Source: an uncultured Planctomycetota bacterium
GTDB taxonomy: Bacteria > Planctomycetota > Planctomycetia > Isosphaerales > Isosphaeraceae
Assembly (NCBI GenBank): GCA_963737655.1
Contig: CAVTTN010000002.1
Span: 6,240,001-6,304,000, forward strand
DNA length: 64,000 nt
Reading direction: 5' to 3'
Positions 42,405 through 52,170 of the stretch are shown here, piece by piece; the first letter of the stretch is position 1; each line of letters opens with the position of its first letter. The notes beneath the pieces are model-generated. The model was not told the DNA's origin. It saw only the letters and a program-made list of their open reading frames with translations, and searched no databases. The position numbers were made by a program, and so were the translations under genes.

Positions 42405-45400
42405 GTGCTCAAGAAACTTGCGATGATGGCGGCGACGTTCCTCGGGCTGACGGCCGGATATTTCGGCTACAGCAAGGGGTTCGCGATCCTCAGCGCCCGG
42501 GTGGCGCCGATCCGGAGCGTGCCGATCTTGCCCGACGGCTCGCCCACGTCCCGGGGGCTCCTGGAATCGCACGAGCTGGCCGTCGCCGCGTTCGGCCCGA
42601 CCCACTGGGCGGCCTCCGCCGCGTTCTGCTATTACGACCGCGACCGCGGCTACTGGATCTACTGGAACGAGCACGTCCGGATCGGCGACGGCAAGACCTG
42701 GACCTTCACGCCGATCGCCGTGATCACCCGGTCCAAGACCAGCAACGCCCTGAAGACGATCACCGGCAAGAGCGCCCGGGTGGACTTCAACCGCCCGATC
42801 GACCTGGCCAAGCCCGGCGACGAGGCGGCCCACATCGTCCACGCCCTGATCCAGGGCGACGTTCGCATCCGCGACGACAAGGGCACGGCCGACATCGCCG
42901 ACGACACCACCAGCGACCCGATGGACCTCATGGTCTTCGACGAGCACGACGAGCAGATCACCAGCCTGAGCGAGGAGCAGCGGGTCGTCCTCCGAGACAA
43001 GGGGCTCACGGCCAGCGGCCTCGGGATGAAGATGGAGCTCCGCCGCCGAGACCCCAACGACCCGGCCGCCGGGTTCGAGGGGATCAAGGCCATCTCCCTG
43101 CTCCGCGACGTGATCATCGACGTGGTGGACGTGGGCAAGTCGGGGATCGTCCCCGGAGGGAGCCGCGCCAAGCCCGAGGACGCCCCGGGCCCCGACGGCA
43201 AGGCCCGGCCCGCCGGGCCGAAGCCCGGTCACATCCAGTGCGACGGGACGATGACGATCCAGATGCCCCGGACCCGCAAGCCGGTCCGGGTCGGCCCCCC
43301 GGCCCCGGCCGACGCCACGCTCGCCGACTTCGACCGCAACGTGATCGTCCGCCAGGGCGACCCGACCGACGGCGACCGGATCGACTGCGACCACCTCTTC
43401 ACCATCCTCTTCCCCCGCGAAGAGGCCGCCGAGACGCCGAACAAGGCGGAGAAGCCGGCCCCCGCGAAGGTCGCCGCCGCCGCGCCCCCGGCCGGGATGA
43501 GCGGCGAGGACGAGGACGAGGAGATCGGCGAGGTCCTGGCCGACGAGGGGATGATGTCCAACCTCACCCTCCACTACGCCAAGGCCACCGGCCACGCCGT
43601 CTTCCTCAAATCGCCCTCCGAGGGCACCATCGCCCGGGGGAACGAGCTCAAGTACTTCCGCAACCTCCCCCAGAAGCCCGACGTCATCTACTTCCTGGCC
43701 GACCGGGTCGTCGATGTCGTCAAGACGGAATTCTTCTCCGAGGGCAAGGACAAGGGGAAGCCCCAGAATGTCCACACCATCCGGACCGTGGACGTGACGA
43801 TCTTCCAGAACGCCCCGGGTGGCCCGCCGCCGTCGATCGTCGCCCGGGGGCCGGGGACGTTGGAGACCCGCGCCGCCGGCAAGGAGCCCGTCGATCAGTT
43901 CGCCTCGTGGCGAGACCGCTTGACGATGGTCAGCATCCCCGAGACCGAGGGTCGCGAGATCACCCTGGTCGATCACCCGAGGATCTGGAGCCGGACTCAG
44001 GGGGAGATGACGGCCGACAAGTGGATCATCGCCCGGATGAAGCCCAAGGCCAGGCCTCCGGCGAAGCCCGACGGGTCCGAGACCCCCTCCGACGCGGCCG
44101 GCCGGGTCGAGATCATCGCGAAGGACGGCTGGGTCCCGGCCGATGGTCCGGCGGCCAGGACGGCCGACGGCAAGGGGCCGGAGAACGCCTCGTCGGGCGC
44201 CGGCAAGGGGATGCGGATCGAGACGCTCCACGGCTATGAGAACGTCCATCTCGTGACGGTCGCCACGCCGGGCGACCCCTCGGCGAAGCCGCCGAAGCGG
44301 GGCAAGTCGGCGGACGAGATCACGGCCCGGAAGGAGTTCCACGCCGACTTCCTCGATCCCCCTCCGGGCCCCGCGGCGACGAAACCCGTCGCCGTCGCGA
44401 AGCCCGCCGCGACCGCGACCGCGACCGCCCCGGCGGAGGCCGTCGCCGCGGCCGACTCGAAGCCGGACGCCGAGCCGGTCAAGGACGCCCCGAAACCCGC
44501 GCCCGAGCCGCCCGAGCCCGCGATGGTCGCCGTGGCCGACGACGTCAAGGCGTGGGTCGTCAACTCGCCGGACGCCGGCGCCAAGGGGCAGAAAGGGCAG
44601 GTCGAGAAGGCCGAGCTTCGCGGCGACGTGGTGATCCATCAGGACGCCGAGGCGAAGCAAGGCGGCTCGAATGGAGGCGACCTCACCGGCGATTTCGCCC
44701 TGCTGAAGTCCCGGGGCGAGGGCCGGGCCTGGATCGCCATCGAGGGCACCCCCGATCGCCCGGCCAAGGCCGTGACCGTCGAGAGGAGCATCCTCGGCCG
44801 CTACCTGTTCGTCGATCAGGCCGCCAATCACGCCTGGGTCCGCGGGCCGGGCGTCCTGGTGACCGAGCAGGGGGAGAACGACCTCCTGCAAGACCCCAAA
44901 ACCGCCGACCCGAAGGCCAGGAAGGACGCCCGGACCGCGCCGAAGAAGGCCAAGGGCCCCCTGACGATCTCCTGGGGCAAGGATGCGTCGGACAAGGACG
45001 CCTGGATGCACTTCTACGGCCAGCCCACCGACGCCGACGGCGACCCCCTGCCCGCCCGGGCCACCTTCCATTCCCACGTGATCGCCTGGACCGACCTCAC
45101 CGACCCGGACCGGACCGAGGATTCGTCCCTCGCCTCCGAGGACCTCGAAGCCACCTTCAACCGCCCGATCGCCTTCTTCAAGCCGAAGCCCCCGGCCCCC
45201 GACAAAACCGAGAAGAAGGCCGAGGAGCCGAAGGCCGAGATCGCCTTCCTGAAGGCCTGGAACGGCGCGGACCTCGTGACCCGCAAGTACGAGGAGAGGA
45301 CGCACCTCCTGGAAGCGAAGCGGCGGATCATCGGCAAGACGATCACGTATGAGCGCGCCTCGGGGCAATACGTCGTCCCCGGCGCGGGCGTGGTGTACCT

Positions 45401-46209
45401 CTACTCCCGGTCCGAGGACGACGGGGCCCCGGCCCGGGCCCGCCAACGCCTCGGCCAAGCCCAAGGCGCGGGTCAAGAAGGACGCCGAGGCCCTGCTGAT
45501 CCCCCCCCTGAAGCTCACCCGGGTCGAGTTCTCCAAGGAGATGTGGGGCCGGATGTCGGCCGAGAAGGGCGAGTCGTCCGAGGATTACAGCGTCGCCAAC
45601 TGCTTCGGAGCCGTCGAGGCGATCAGCGCCGTGGTCCCCGACGAGGATTCCGACCTCGACCGCGACCGCCTCCCCGTCGACTACTACCGCCTGACCGCCC
45701 CGATCGTCCAGGTCATCAGCGAGCCCCCTCCCAGGGGCTCGAAGGACGAGAAGGAACGGACGCTCCTGAGCACCTGGGGCGCCGATCGCGGCTCCTACGC
45801 CCAGACCCGGACCAAGTCGATCTACGGCGACCGGATCACCTTCGACTCGCTGAGCGAGCTGACGTACATCTACGGCGATCGCAACGGCGTGAACCTGGTG
45901 GACACCATCGCCGCCGGCCAGCCCTTCTCCTCGGGCAAGGGCTCGGCCGTGATGCACAACCACAAGACCAACGCCACCAAGCTGATCGACCCGCAGACGT
46001 TCCAGGTCGTCGATTCCAACAGCGGATACCGGCCGCCGCCGATCGCCTTCACCCCGCCGGCGCCCCCGCCCTGGGCCGGCTACCCCGACCCCAAGAAGAT
46101 GCCCAAGGTCAAGAAGCCCAAGGACCCCAAGGACCTCATGAACCAGGCCAAGCGGATGAAGATCCCGCCCCGCAGCGACAAGGAGCGCCGAGGGTTCTAC
46201 GGCCGGTAG
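42405..46209 (+). CDS. Giant (about 1270 aa) membrane-anchored protein, putative LptA/LptC-like repeats, frameshift near 45434
   Basis: N-terminal hydrophobic helix; repeated beta-rich units (IQGDVRI, FDRNVIVRQ, KATGHAVFL, LRGDVVIHQ, YGDRITFD); position after kdsD-kdsC. Confidence 0.65.
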
Positions 46210-46305
46210 AATCGAGGTGAGCAATCCCGGCCCGGAGGCGGAGGGGGATTTCCTCCGCCAAGACGGGGCCGATAGGATCGTGATCGAGGAAGGAGGAGCT
46301 TCGCC

Positions 46306-46581
46306 ATGACTCGGCTTGGCCCACCGACCGCCGGAGTCTCCAGAGACCCGGCGGCGCATCCCCAGATCACCCTGGACGTCACCCCGGAAATGCTGGCGAC
46401 CCTGCGGGGGATCTCCCGCGATTCCGGGCAACCGCTCGACGTGGTCTCCACCCGGGCGATCGCGCTCTACCAGGCGGCCCTGCGGGCGTCCTCCGAGGGG
46501 AAGCACATCGGGTACGCCGACTCTCCCGACAGCCTGGAGGTCGAATTCACCGGGTTGGCCGGCACCGGCAGGGACCGCTGA
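46306..46581 (+). CDS. Small ribbon-helix-helix-like protein
   Basis: AGGAGG RBS; ITLDVTPEMLATLRGIS..LDVVSTRAIALY (strand-helix-helix pattern). Confidence 0.6.
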   Translation: MTRLGPPTAGVSRDPAAHPQITLDVTPEMLATLRGISRDSGQPLDVVSTRAIALYQAALRASSEGKHIGYADSPDSLEVEFTGLAGTGRDR

Positions 46582-46583
46582 GC

Positions 46584-46697
46584 ATGGCGACCCCGAAATT
46601 CGACATCGGCGGCCTCCTGCCCGAAGGCTCGAAGGTCGAGTCCATCAGCATCAAGGCCCCCGAAGGCCCCCGGGACCAGGCCGCGAAGCTCCGCTGA
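46584..46697 (+). other. 37-aa ORF coupled to the RHH gene, possibly a truncated partner gene
   Basis: ATG 2 nt after the upstream stop; MATPKFDIGGLLPEGSKVESISIKAPEGPRDQAAKLR with GC3-rich codons. Confidence 0.35.
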
Positions 46698-46712
46698 CGA
46701 CATCAGGCCGCC

Positions 46713-46754
46713 GGACCCCGGCCCCCCCGAACGAACGGAGGGGGCCGAGGGTCC
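46713..46754. terminator. GC-rich hairpin between convergent genes
   Basis: GGACCCCGGCCCCC...GGGGGCCGAGGGTCC, 11 nt past the S53 stop; no poly-U tail. Confidence 0.45.
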
Positions 46755-46765
46755 CGCGCCGGGCT

Positions 46766-48738
46766 TCAGGACGCCGTGGCCTTGACCGTCACGTCGTCCA
46801 CGTACCAGCCTTCATAATTGTTGTAGCTGCCATCGACGGTGTCGAAGGCCAGGCGGACGAGGATCTGCGACCCGGCGAACGACGAGAGGTTCACCGTGGC
46901 CGTCTGGAACGTGCCCCCGGTGTTCTTCAGGATGCCGGAGGTGCGGTCGGCCACGACGGTCCACGTCGCGCCCCCGTCCTTGCTGACCTGGACCTGGGCC
47001 TTGTCGTAGGCCGTGGAGGCCTCGGTGCCCAGCAGGTAGCTGAAGCTGAGCGTGGGGGCGGTGTCGTGGGTCAGGTCGATCGTCGGTGAGGTGGCGAGAC
47101 CGCCGTTCCGGGAATTGCCGGTCCGGTAGGTGCCTCCGCCGGAGGTCGTCTCCCCGGCCCCGTAGTACAGGCTGTCGCTGGCCGAGTGGCCGGCGGCCGT
47201 GGCGTGGCCGCTGGAGACGTGCCAGAGGCCCGCGGCCGGCGTCCCGATCGAGTTGTTGAACGTCCAACCCTGGGCCGATCCCGTCCCGGGGCTGTCGAAG
47301 TTATAGTCGGCCACCACGACCGGGCCCGAAGGCGGCGGCGGGGGAGGCGGCGGCGGCGGAGGCGGCGGCGGGGGAGGCGGCGGAGGAGGAGGCGGCGGGG
47401 GAGGCGGCGTCGTGGACCCGACCAGGGCGCCAACGACCTGGTCCGCCACCGGCGAGCCGATCCCCGTCACGTAGTCGTAGCCCGTCCCGGCCGAGTACTT
47501 CGTCTTGCCCGTGCTGGTGCCGGTCGTCACGTCGTGATAGGCCGAGGTCTTGGCCGACTTGTACAGGTCGCTCAGGACCTCCTGGGGACCGGAGGTGTTC
47601 AGGGCCGCCTGACCCGAGGCGATCCGCCCCTGGTCGGCGATCGCGATCAGGGCCGCCCACTGCGGGGAGCCGGCGCTGGTGCCGCCGATCTGGATCCAGC
47701 CGTAGCTGGTGCCGGAATACTGGTAGGAATCATACACGGCGAACCCGGTGTTCGGGTCGGCGTCGTAGGAGACGTCGGGGTTGCCCCTCTTGGTCGTGGT
47801 CTGGGTGACCACGCCGTTCTGGTACGACGGCTGGGACTCGTAGGTGCTGGGGCCACCGCCGCTGCCGGACCAGCCCGATTCGCTCGAATAGTTGCCCTGG
47901 GAATCCAGGTGGAGCGAGGTCCCGCCGACGGCCAGGACGTTGGGCGAGACGCCCGGCCAGCTCGCCGGGGCGCCGGCGTCTCCCGAGGCGTTCACGAAGA
48001 CGACGCCGGGATGGATGAAGTGGTTCTCATAGGCCGCCGAGGTCTCGGCCGAGAACTCCGAGCCGCCCCAGCTCATGGAGACCACGCCGGCCTTGGCGGC
48101 GGCGGTGTCCACGGCGGCCAGGAGGTTGGCGTCGGTCGGCGAGGTCGCATCGACCAGGAGGATCGTCGCGCCCGGGGCGATGGCGTGGGCCCATTCGACG
48201 TCCAGGGCCTCTTCCAGCTCCCATCCGCCGGTCGAATCGGCGGCCGGCAGGCTCGTCCCGCCGGTCTGGCTGAGCTGCTGGACGGTCGTCGCCGGCAGGC
48301 CGTACTGGGCGTCGAAGGTGTTCAGGTCGGCCTGGATGTTCGGGTCGGAATAGGCATCGACGATCGCGATCGTCTGGCCGGTCCCGTCCCCCTTCACGCC
48401 GTTGAAGCTGATCGCGTCGAACCCGTAGGCGTGGGCGATCTGCGAGGGAGAGAACGCGGTGCTCGGCGGGGTCGGGTACGAGACCAGGTGATGCACCTTG
48501 ACCTGCGTCGTTTCCTGGTGGTGGGCCTCGAACTTCGCGAGCGTCTTCGCCCCGATCGTCGGGGTCGCCGTCGAGTGGGTCGAGGCCCCGATGGCGGCCG
48601 CGTGGACGACCGGATGGGGCGAGGACGAGCCGGCGGACGTGCCGCCGGCGCTGAGGAGTTGCCGGGTTTCCAGCGACGTGACCGTCGGGAGCAGCGCGGC
48701 GGGCGCCTCCGGGTCCGGGGACGAGACGGACGGCTCAT
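46766..48738 (-). CDS. S53 (sedolisin) peptidase with LETRQLLS N-terminal motif, poly-Pro linker and C-terminal beta-sandwich; frameshift near 48702
   Basis: EEALDVE, SMSWG, ASGDAG, PDVS, GGTSAGSPQWA; the upstream in-frame SLETRQLLS joins ATG 48738 with one added base. Confidence 0.9.
47330..47407 (-). repeat. CCN repeat encoding 26 consecutive prolines
   Basis: 78-nt NGG run on the plus strand. Confidence 0.95.
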
Positions 48739-49140
48739 GGATGCAATCTCCGGATGCGCTCTTCGGGCCGCGACCATCCCTGGGGGCGGTCTGGGAGCGA
48801 GGCTCGGCACTTCGAGTCGAAGAGGACCTATCTCGGTCGGCGATCGGCGGACGGAAGGGAGGAGCGAGGCCCGGACGCGATCGCGACGATCAGGGACGTG
48901 GGGGGGAGGTCGCGATCGGTACGAACATGGTCAAAACACCATAATTGAACCGAACGGAGGTTTTCAAGGGCACAATCCGAAGGAAAGAGCGCATTTCCCG
49001 CGCCCGACCGGGCCCCGTCCGCCGCAGCTTTCCTCAGCTTCACCAGCTTACGACGCCCGGGGCGGCCCGACGTTGCGTTTCGTCAACACACCGCGCCGGG
49101 CCCCGTCTCCGGATCGATCCCGAGCCGGCCCGACGGCCGC

Positions 49141-50280
49141 TCAGTAGACCTCGCCGGCGCGGACGGCGTGGCCCCCGGCGCCCCCGGCGGCCTCGGCCCA
49201 CGGGGCGTACCGGGAATGCCAGCCCTCGGCGGCCCGGATCGTGTGGAGCTCCTCCTGAGAGAAACCATAGGTCGCGAACCAGGGCGTGCCGTGCTCGCGG
49301 ACGATCTTGTCCACGTCGGCCACCCTCTTGAGGCCCTCGGTCGCCGCGAACTTGGTCCGGGCCGCGGCGCCGTCCTGGAGGAAATACTCCTTCCAGAACG
49401 CCCGGCCGCCCAGGACGCCCGAGCAGCCCGAGTCCATCGCCATCTCCACCTGCTGGTAATACTGCGGGTAATCCACCCCGGCCGACAGCAGGACCCAGGG
49501 CTTCACGCTCGCCTCGGAGAGCGCGTGGAGGTTGTCCTTGAGCTGGTCGTCCGACTCATGCCCGAGCGTCCCGGGGAACTCGGCCTTGTACACATCGCAG
49601 AAGCCCGAGAGCTGCCGGGCCGACTCGATCGTGGTCTCGGCCTTGCGGTCCAGGAACGACTTGTCCGTCTTCTTCTCGGTGCCGATCGGGAAGGCCACGG
49701 GCTCGAGGAGGAAGAGGATGTCCCACTTCCGGCAATCCGAGGCGACCTTCTCGATGAACGCGAGGTTGTGCTCGGCGGAGATCGGCTCGCCGGGCTCGAA
49801 CGGGGCGAGGAGCTTCACGGCGTCGGCGCCGACGAGCTTGATCTTCTCGACCGACCAGCCCGGCTCGAACTCGCCCATCGGGCCGCCCATCTTGTTCTTC
49901 GGGCTGCCGGACTTCTCCACGCGGATCAACAGGCCCTTGCCCGGCGGGATCGCCCCGGAGGCCACCGCCGGCCACGCGCCGTAATAGGCGTCGATCAGGA
50001 CGCCCGAGGCCGCCGGCGCCATCTGCCGGGCCATGTCGACCTTGGCGTCGACGATCTCCTCGTACGTCGGCTCGCGGTCCTGGCCCTTCCCCTTGAGGGC
50101 TTTCTGAGCCATCTCGATCATCGAGGAGTTCTGGTCCAGGGCCAGCATCGTCAGCGTCCCGTTGGGGTTGCTGATCCTCTGGAGGCCGCGGAGCTTGCCC
50201 GGCGTCAGGCCCTTGCCGAGCAGGGCGGTGGCGCCGAGGGGGCGGGAAACGGTCGAGGTCGAGGTCGAGGCGGCGGGCAT
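49141..50280 (-). CDS. Tagatose-1,6-bisphosphate aldolase family (LacD-like class I aldolase)
   Basis: MLALDQ, GADAVKLL, DVYKAEFP, PWVLLSAGV, GVLGGRAFW. Confidence 0.88.
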   Translation of the reverse strand: MPAASTSTSTVSRPLGATALLGKGLTPGKLRGLQRISNPNGTLTMLALDQNSSMIEMAQKALKGKGQDREPTYEEIVDAKVDMARQMAPAASGVLIDAYYGAWPAVASGAIPPGKGLLIRVEKSGSPKNKMGGPMGEFEPGWSVEKIKLVGADAVKLLAPFEPGEPISAEHNLAFIEKVASDCRKWDILFLLEPVAFPIGTEKKTDKSFLDRKAETTIESARQLSGFCDVYKAEFPGTLGHESDDQLKDNLHALSEASVKPWVLLSAGVDYPQYYQQVEMAMDSGCSGVLGGRAFWKEYFLQDGAAARTKFAATEGLKRVADVDKIVREHGTPWFATYGFSQEELHTIRAAEGWHSRYAPWAEAAGGAGGHAVRAGEVY

Positions 50281-50426
50281 CGTGGGGACTCTCCGTGCGA
50301 TCGATCGGGCGCGACCGGGCACGCTTCGCCGACGATCCGACGACCGCTCGACGAGCCACCCGGGCGACGGTCAGGCGCGGATTATAGAGCCTCCGAGGCC
50401 CCCTTGACCAGACCCGGGGATTTCCG

Positions 50427-50455
50427 TTGACCGCCCCGGAGCCCCCGCCGAGAAT
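50427..50455 (+). promoter_or_regulatory. Putative promoter for nucA-nuiA
   Basis: TTGACC-N17-GAGAAT; a divergent TATAAT for the aldolase lies at 50381-50386 on the minus strand. Confidence 0.35.
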
Positions 50456-50501
50456 CGCCGCCTCGCCCTCGATCCGTCCGCCTCGAACCGGAGACGGCCC
50501 C

Positions 50502-51371
50502 ATGAGACCCCGCCTCGCCCTCTGGACGGTCCTGCTCGCGGCCCCCGCCCTCGCCGCCGACGACCCCTTGCTCCTCGGCATGCCCAGGCCCGCCACCGCC
50601 GACCCCGCCAACGACTCCGACTTCCTCATGAAGAAGGCCGGATACTCCGTCTCCTACAACAACCAGATCAAGATCCCCAACTGGGTCGCCTGGCACCTGG
50701 CCAAGGCCGACATCGGCTCGGAGCACCGGGGCGCCTTCGTCCCCGACGACTCCTTGCCGGCGGATTGGTACCACGTCAAGCCCTCGGACTACAGCGGGAC
50801 CGGCTTCGACCGCGGCCACATGTGCCCCTCCAAGGACCGATCCGCCACCCGGCCGGCCAATGACGAGGTCTTCCTGATGACCAACATCCTCCCCCAGTCC
50901 CCGGCCAACAACCAGAAGGGCTGGGAGAAGCTGGAGGACTATTGCCGCCAGCTCGCCGCCGAGGGCAGCGAGCTCTACATCGTCTCGGGAGGCGCCGGCG
51001 CGGGCGGCACGGGCAAGGACGGCTTCCGCACGACCCTCAACGCCAGCCGACGAATCCGGGTCCCCTCGGTCACCTGGAAGGTCGTCGTGGTCCTGCCCGA
51101 CCAGGGCGGCGACGACCTGGCGAGGATCAACGCCTCGACCCGCGTGATCGCCGTCATCATGCCGAACGACATGACGGTCGTGGATGACTGGAGGCAATAC
51201 CGCAGGTCGGTGGGCGAGGTCGAGGAGCTGACCGGCTACTCCTTCTTCTCCAAGCTCCCGGCCGACGTCCAGGAGAAGCTCAAGGTCAAGATCGACCACG
51301 ACCAGGAAGCCTCGCTCGACGGCACTCCGGCCGAGGAAGGCGACGGCGAGGAGGGCGACGGCCAGGACTGA
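50502..51371 (+). CDS. nucA: Secreted sugar-non-specific endonuclease (NucA/Serratia family)
   Basis: Signal peptide; PNWVAWHL, DRGHMCP, FLMTNILPQ, NNQKGWEKLE, EELTGYSFF. Confidence 0.93.
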   Translation: MRPRLALWTVLLAAPALAADDPLLLGMPRPATADPANDSDFLMKKAGYSVSYNNQIKIPNWVAWHLAKADIGSEHRGAFVPDDSLPADWYHVKPSDYSGTGFDRGHMCPSKDRSATRPANDEVFLMTNILPQSPANNQKGWEKLEDYCRQLAAEGSELYIVSGGAGAGGTGKDGFRTTLNASRRIRVPSVTWKVVVVLPDQGGDDLARINASTRVIAVIMPNDMTVVDDWRQYRRSVGEVEELTGYSFFSKLPADVQEKLKVKIDHDQEASLDGTPAEEGDGEEGDGQD

Positions 51372-51432
51372 GCCGTCCGGACCCGGCACCGAGTTTGCAG
51401 CCTCCGCTTCAACCGATCGAGGAGGCCCCGAG

Positions 51433-51843
51433 ATGCCCGACCCGCCGAAGACCGAGACGGCCCTGGCCCTGGCCAAGGCCAGCTCCGGCCTGCTCATGCC
51501 GAGCGAGACCGACGCCCCGTTCGAGCCGATCGCCTGGGGACCCACGTCCGGCGCCCTCGACGAAGCCGCCGTCCGCAAGCTCGCCGGGGCCCCCTCCGGC
51601 GCGCCCGTCGAGACGACCACCCTCGACGACCTCTTCCGCGACGCAGCCCAGCCCAAGACCTGGCAAGACGCCCAGGAAAAGGCCCAGGCGAAGCGGTTCC
51701 AGGACCTCGCCCACCTCCTCAAGTCCTCGCTCACGGACCTCCGCGTCTACCGGGTCGGCGAGACCAACATCGAGGTCTTCATCGTGGGCAAGGACGCCCG
51801 CGGCCACTGGTCGGGCCTCAAGACGCAGGTCGTCGAGACCTGA
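51433..51843 (+). CDS. nuiA: Nuclease A inhibitor (NuiA family)
   Basis: GLLMPSETDAPF..W, VYRVG, FIVG, GLKTQVVET C-terminus; directly after nucA. Confidence 0.9.
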   Translation: MPDPPKTETALALAKASSGLLMPSETDAPFEPIAWGPTSGALDEAAVRKLAGAPSGAPVETTTLDDLFRDAAQPKTWQDAQEKAQAKRFQDLAHLLKSSLTDLRVYRVGETNIEVFIVGKDARGHWSGLKTQVVET

Positions 51844-51873
51844 GCCCCTCCATCGAACAAGACGAGAAGCCCT

Positions 51874-51932
51874 GTAGGGCAGGCCTTGGCCTGCCGGTGT
51901 CGCGAATCTCGGCAGGCCAAGGCCTGCCCTAC
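51874..51932. repeat. REPIN-like inverted doublet of a GTAG-type REP, copy 1
   Basis: GTAGGGCAGGCCTTGGCCTGCC-N15-GGCAGGCCAAGGCCTGCCCTAC. Confidence 0.9.
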
Positions 51933-52170
51933 GGGCCCTGGAAACGCAAGTCGTCGAAGCACGAGCCTTCGATTCACGCGGAGGAAAACCTGCAATTTTC
52001 CATGAATCCTCCGCGTCATCTGCGTTTCGATTCTCTTCCATCCCACGATCTCCCCGTCTTCCTCGCGATTTGGTACGGTCCGACATCCGGCCTTCACGGT
52101 TCGCCGCCAGGATCGGGGAGGATTTCCCCGAGAGACTGACCGGCCCCGCCCGCATCCGAGGACATTCGCC

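Noticed and set aside
42387..45536. 1049-aa minus-strand ORF (likewise 51409..54054 and 1538..4123)
   Set aside because: Antisense to well-supported genes; an artefact of stop-codon scarcity at high GC.
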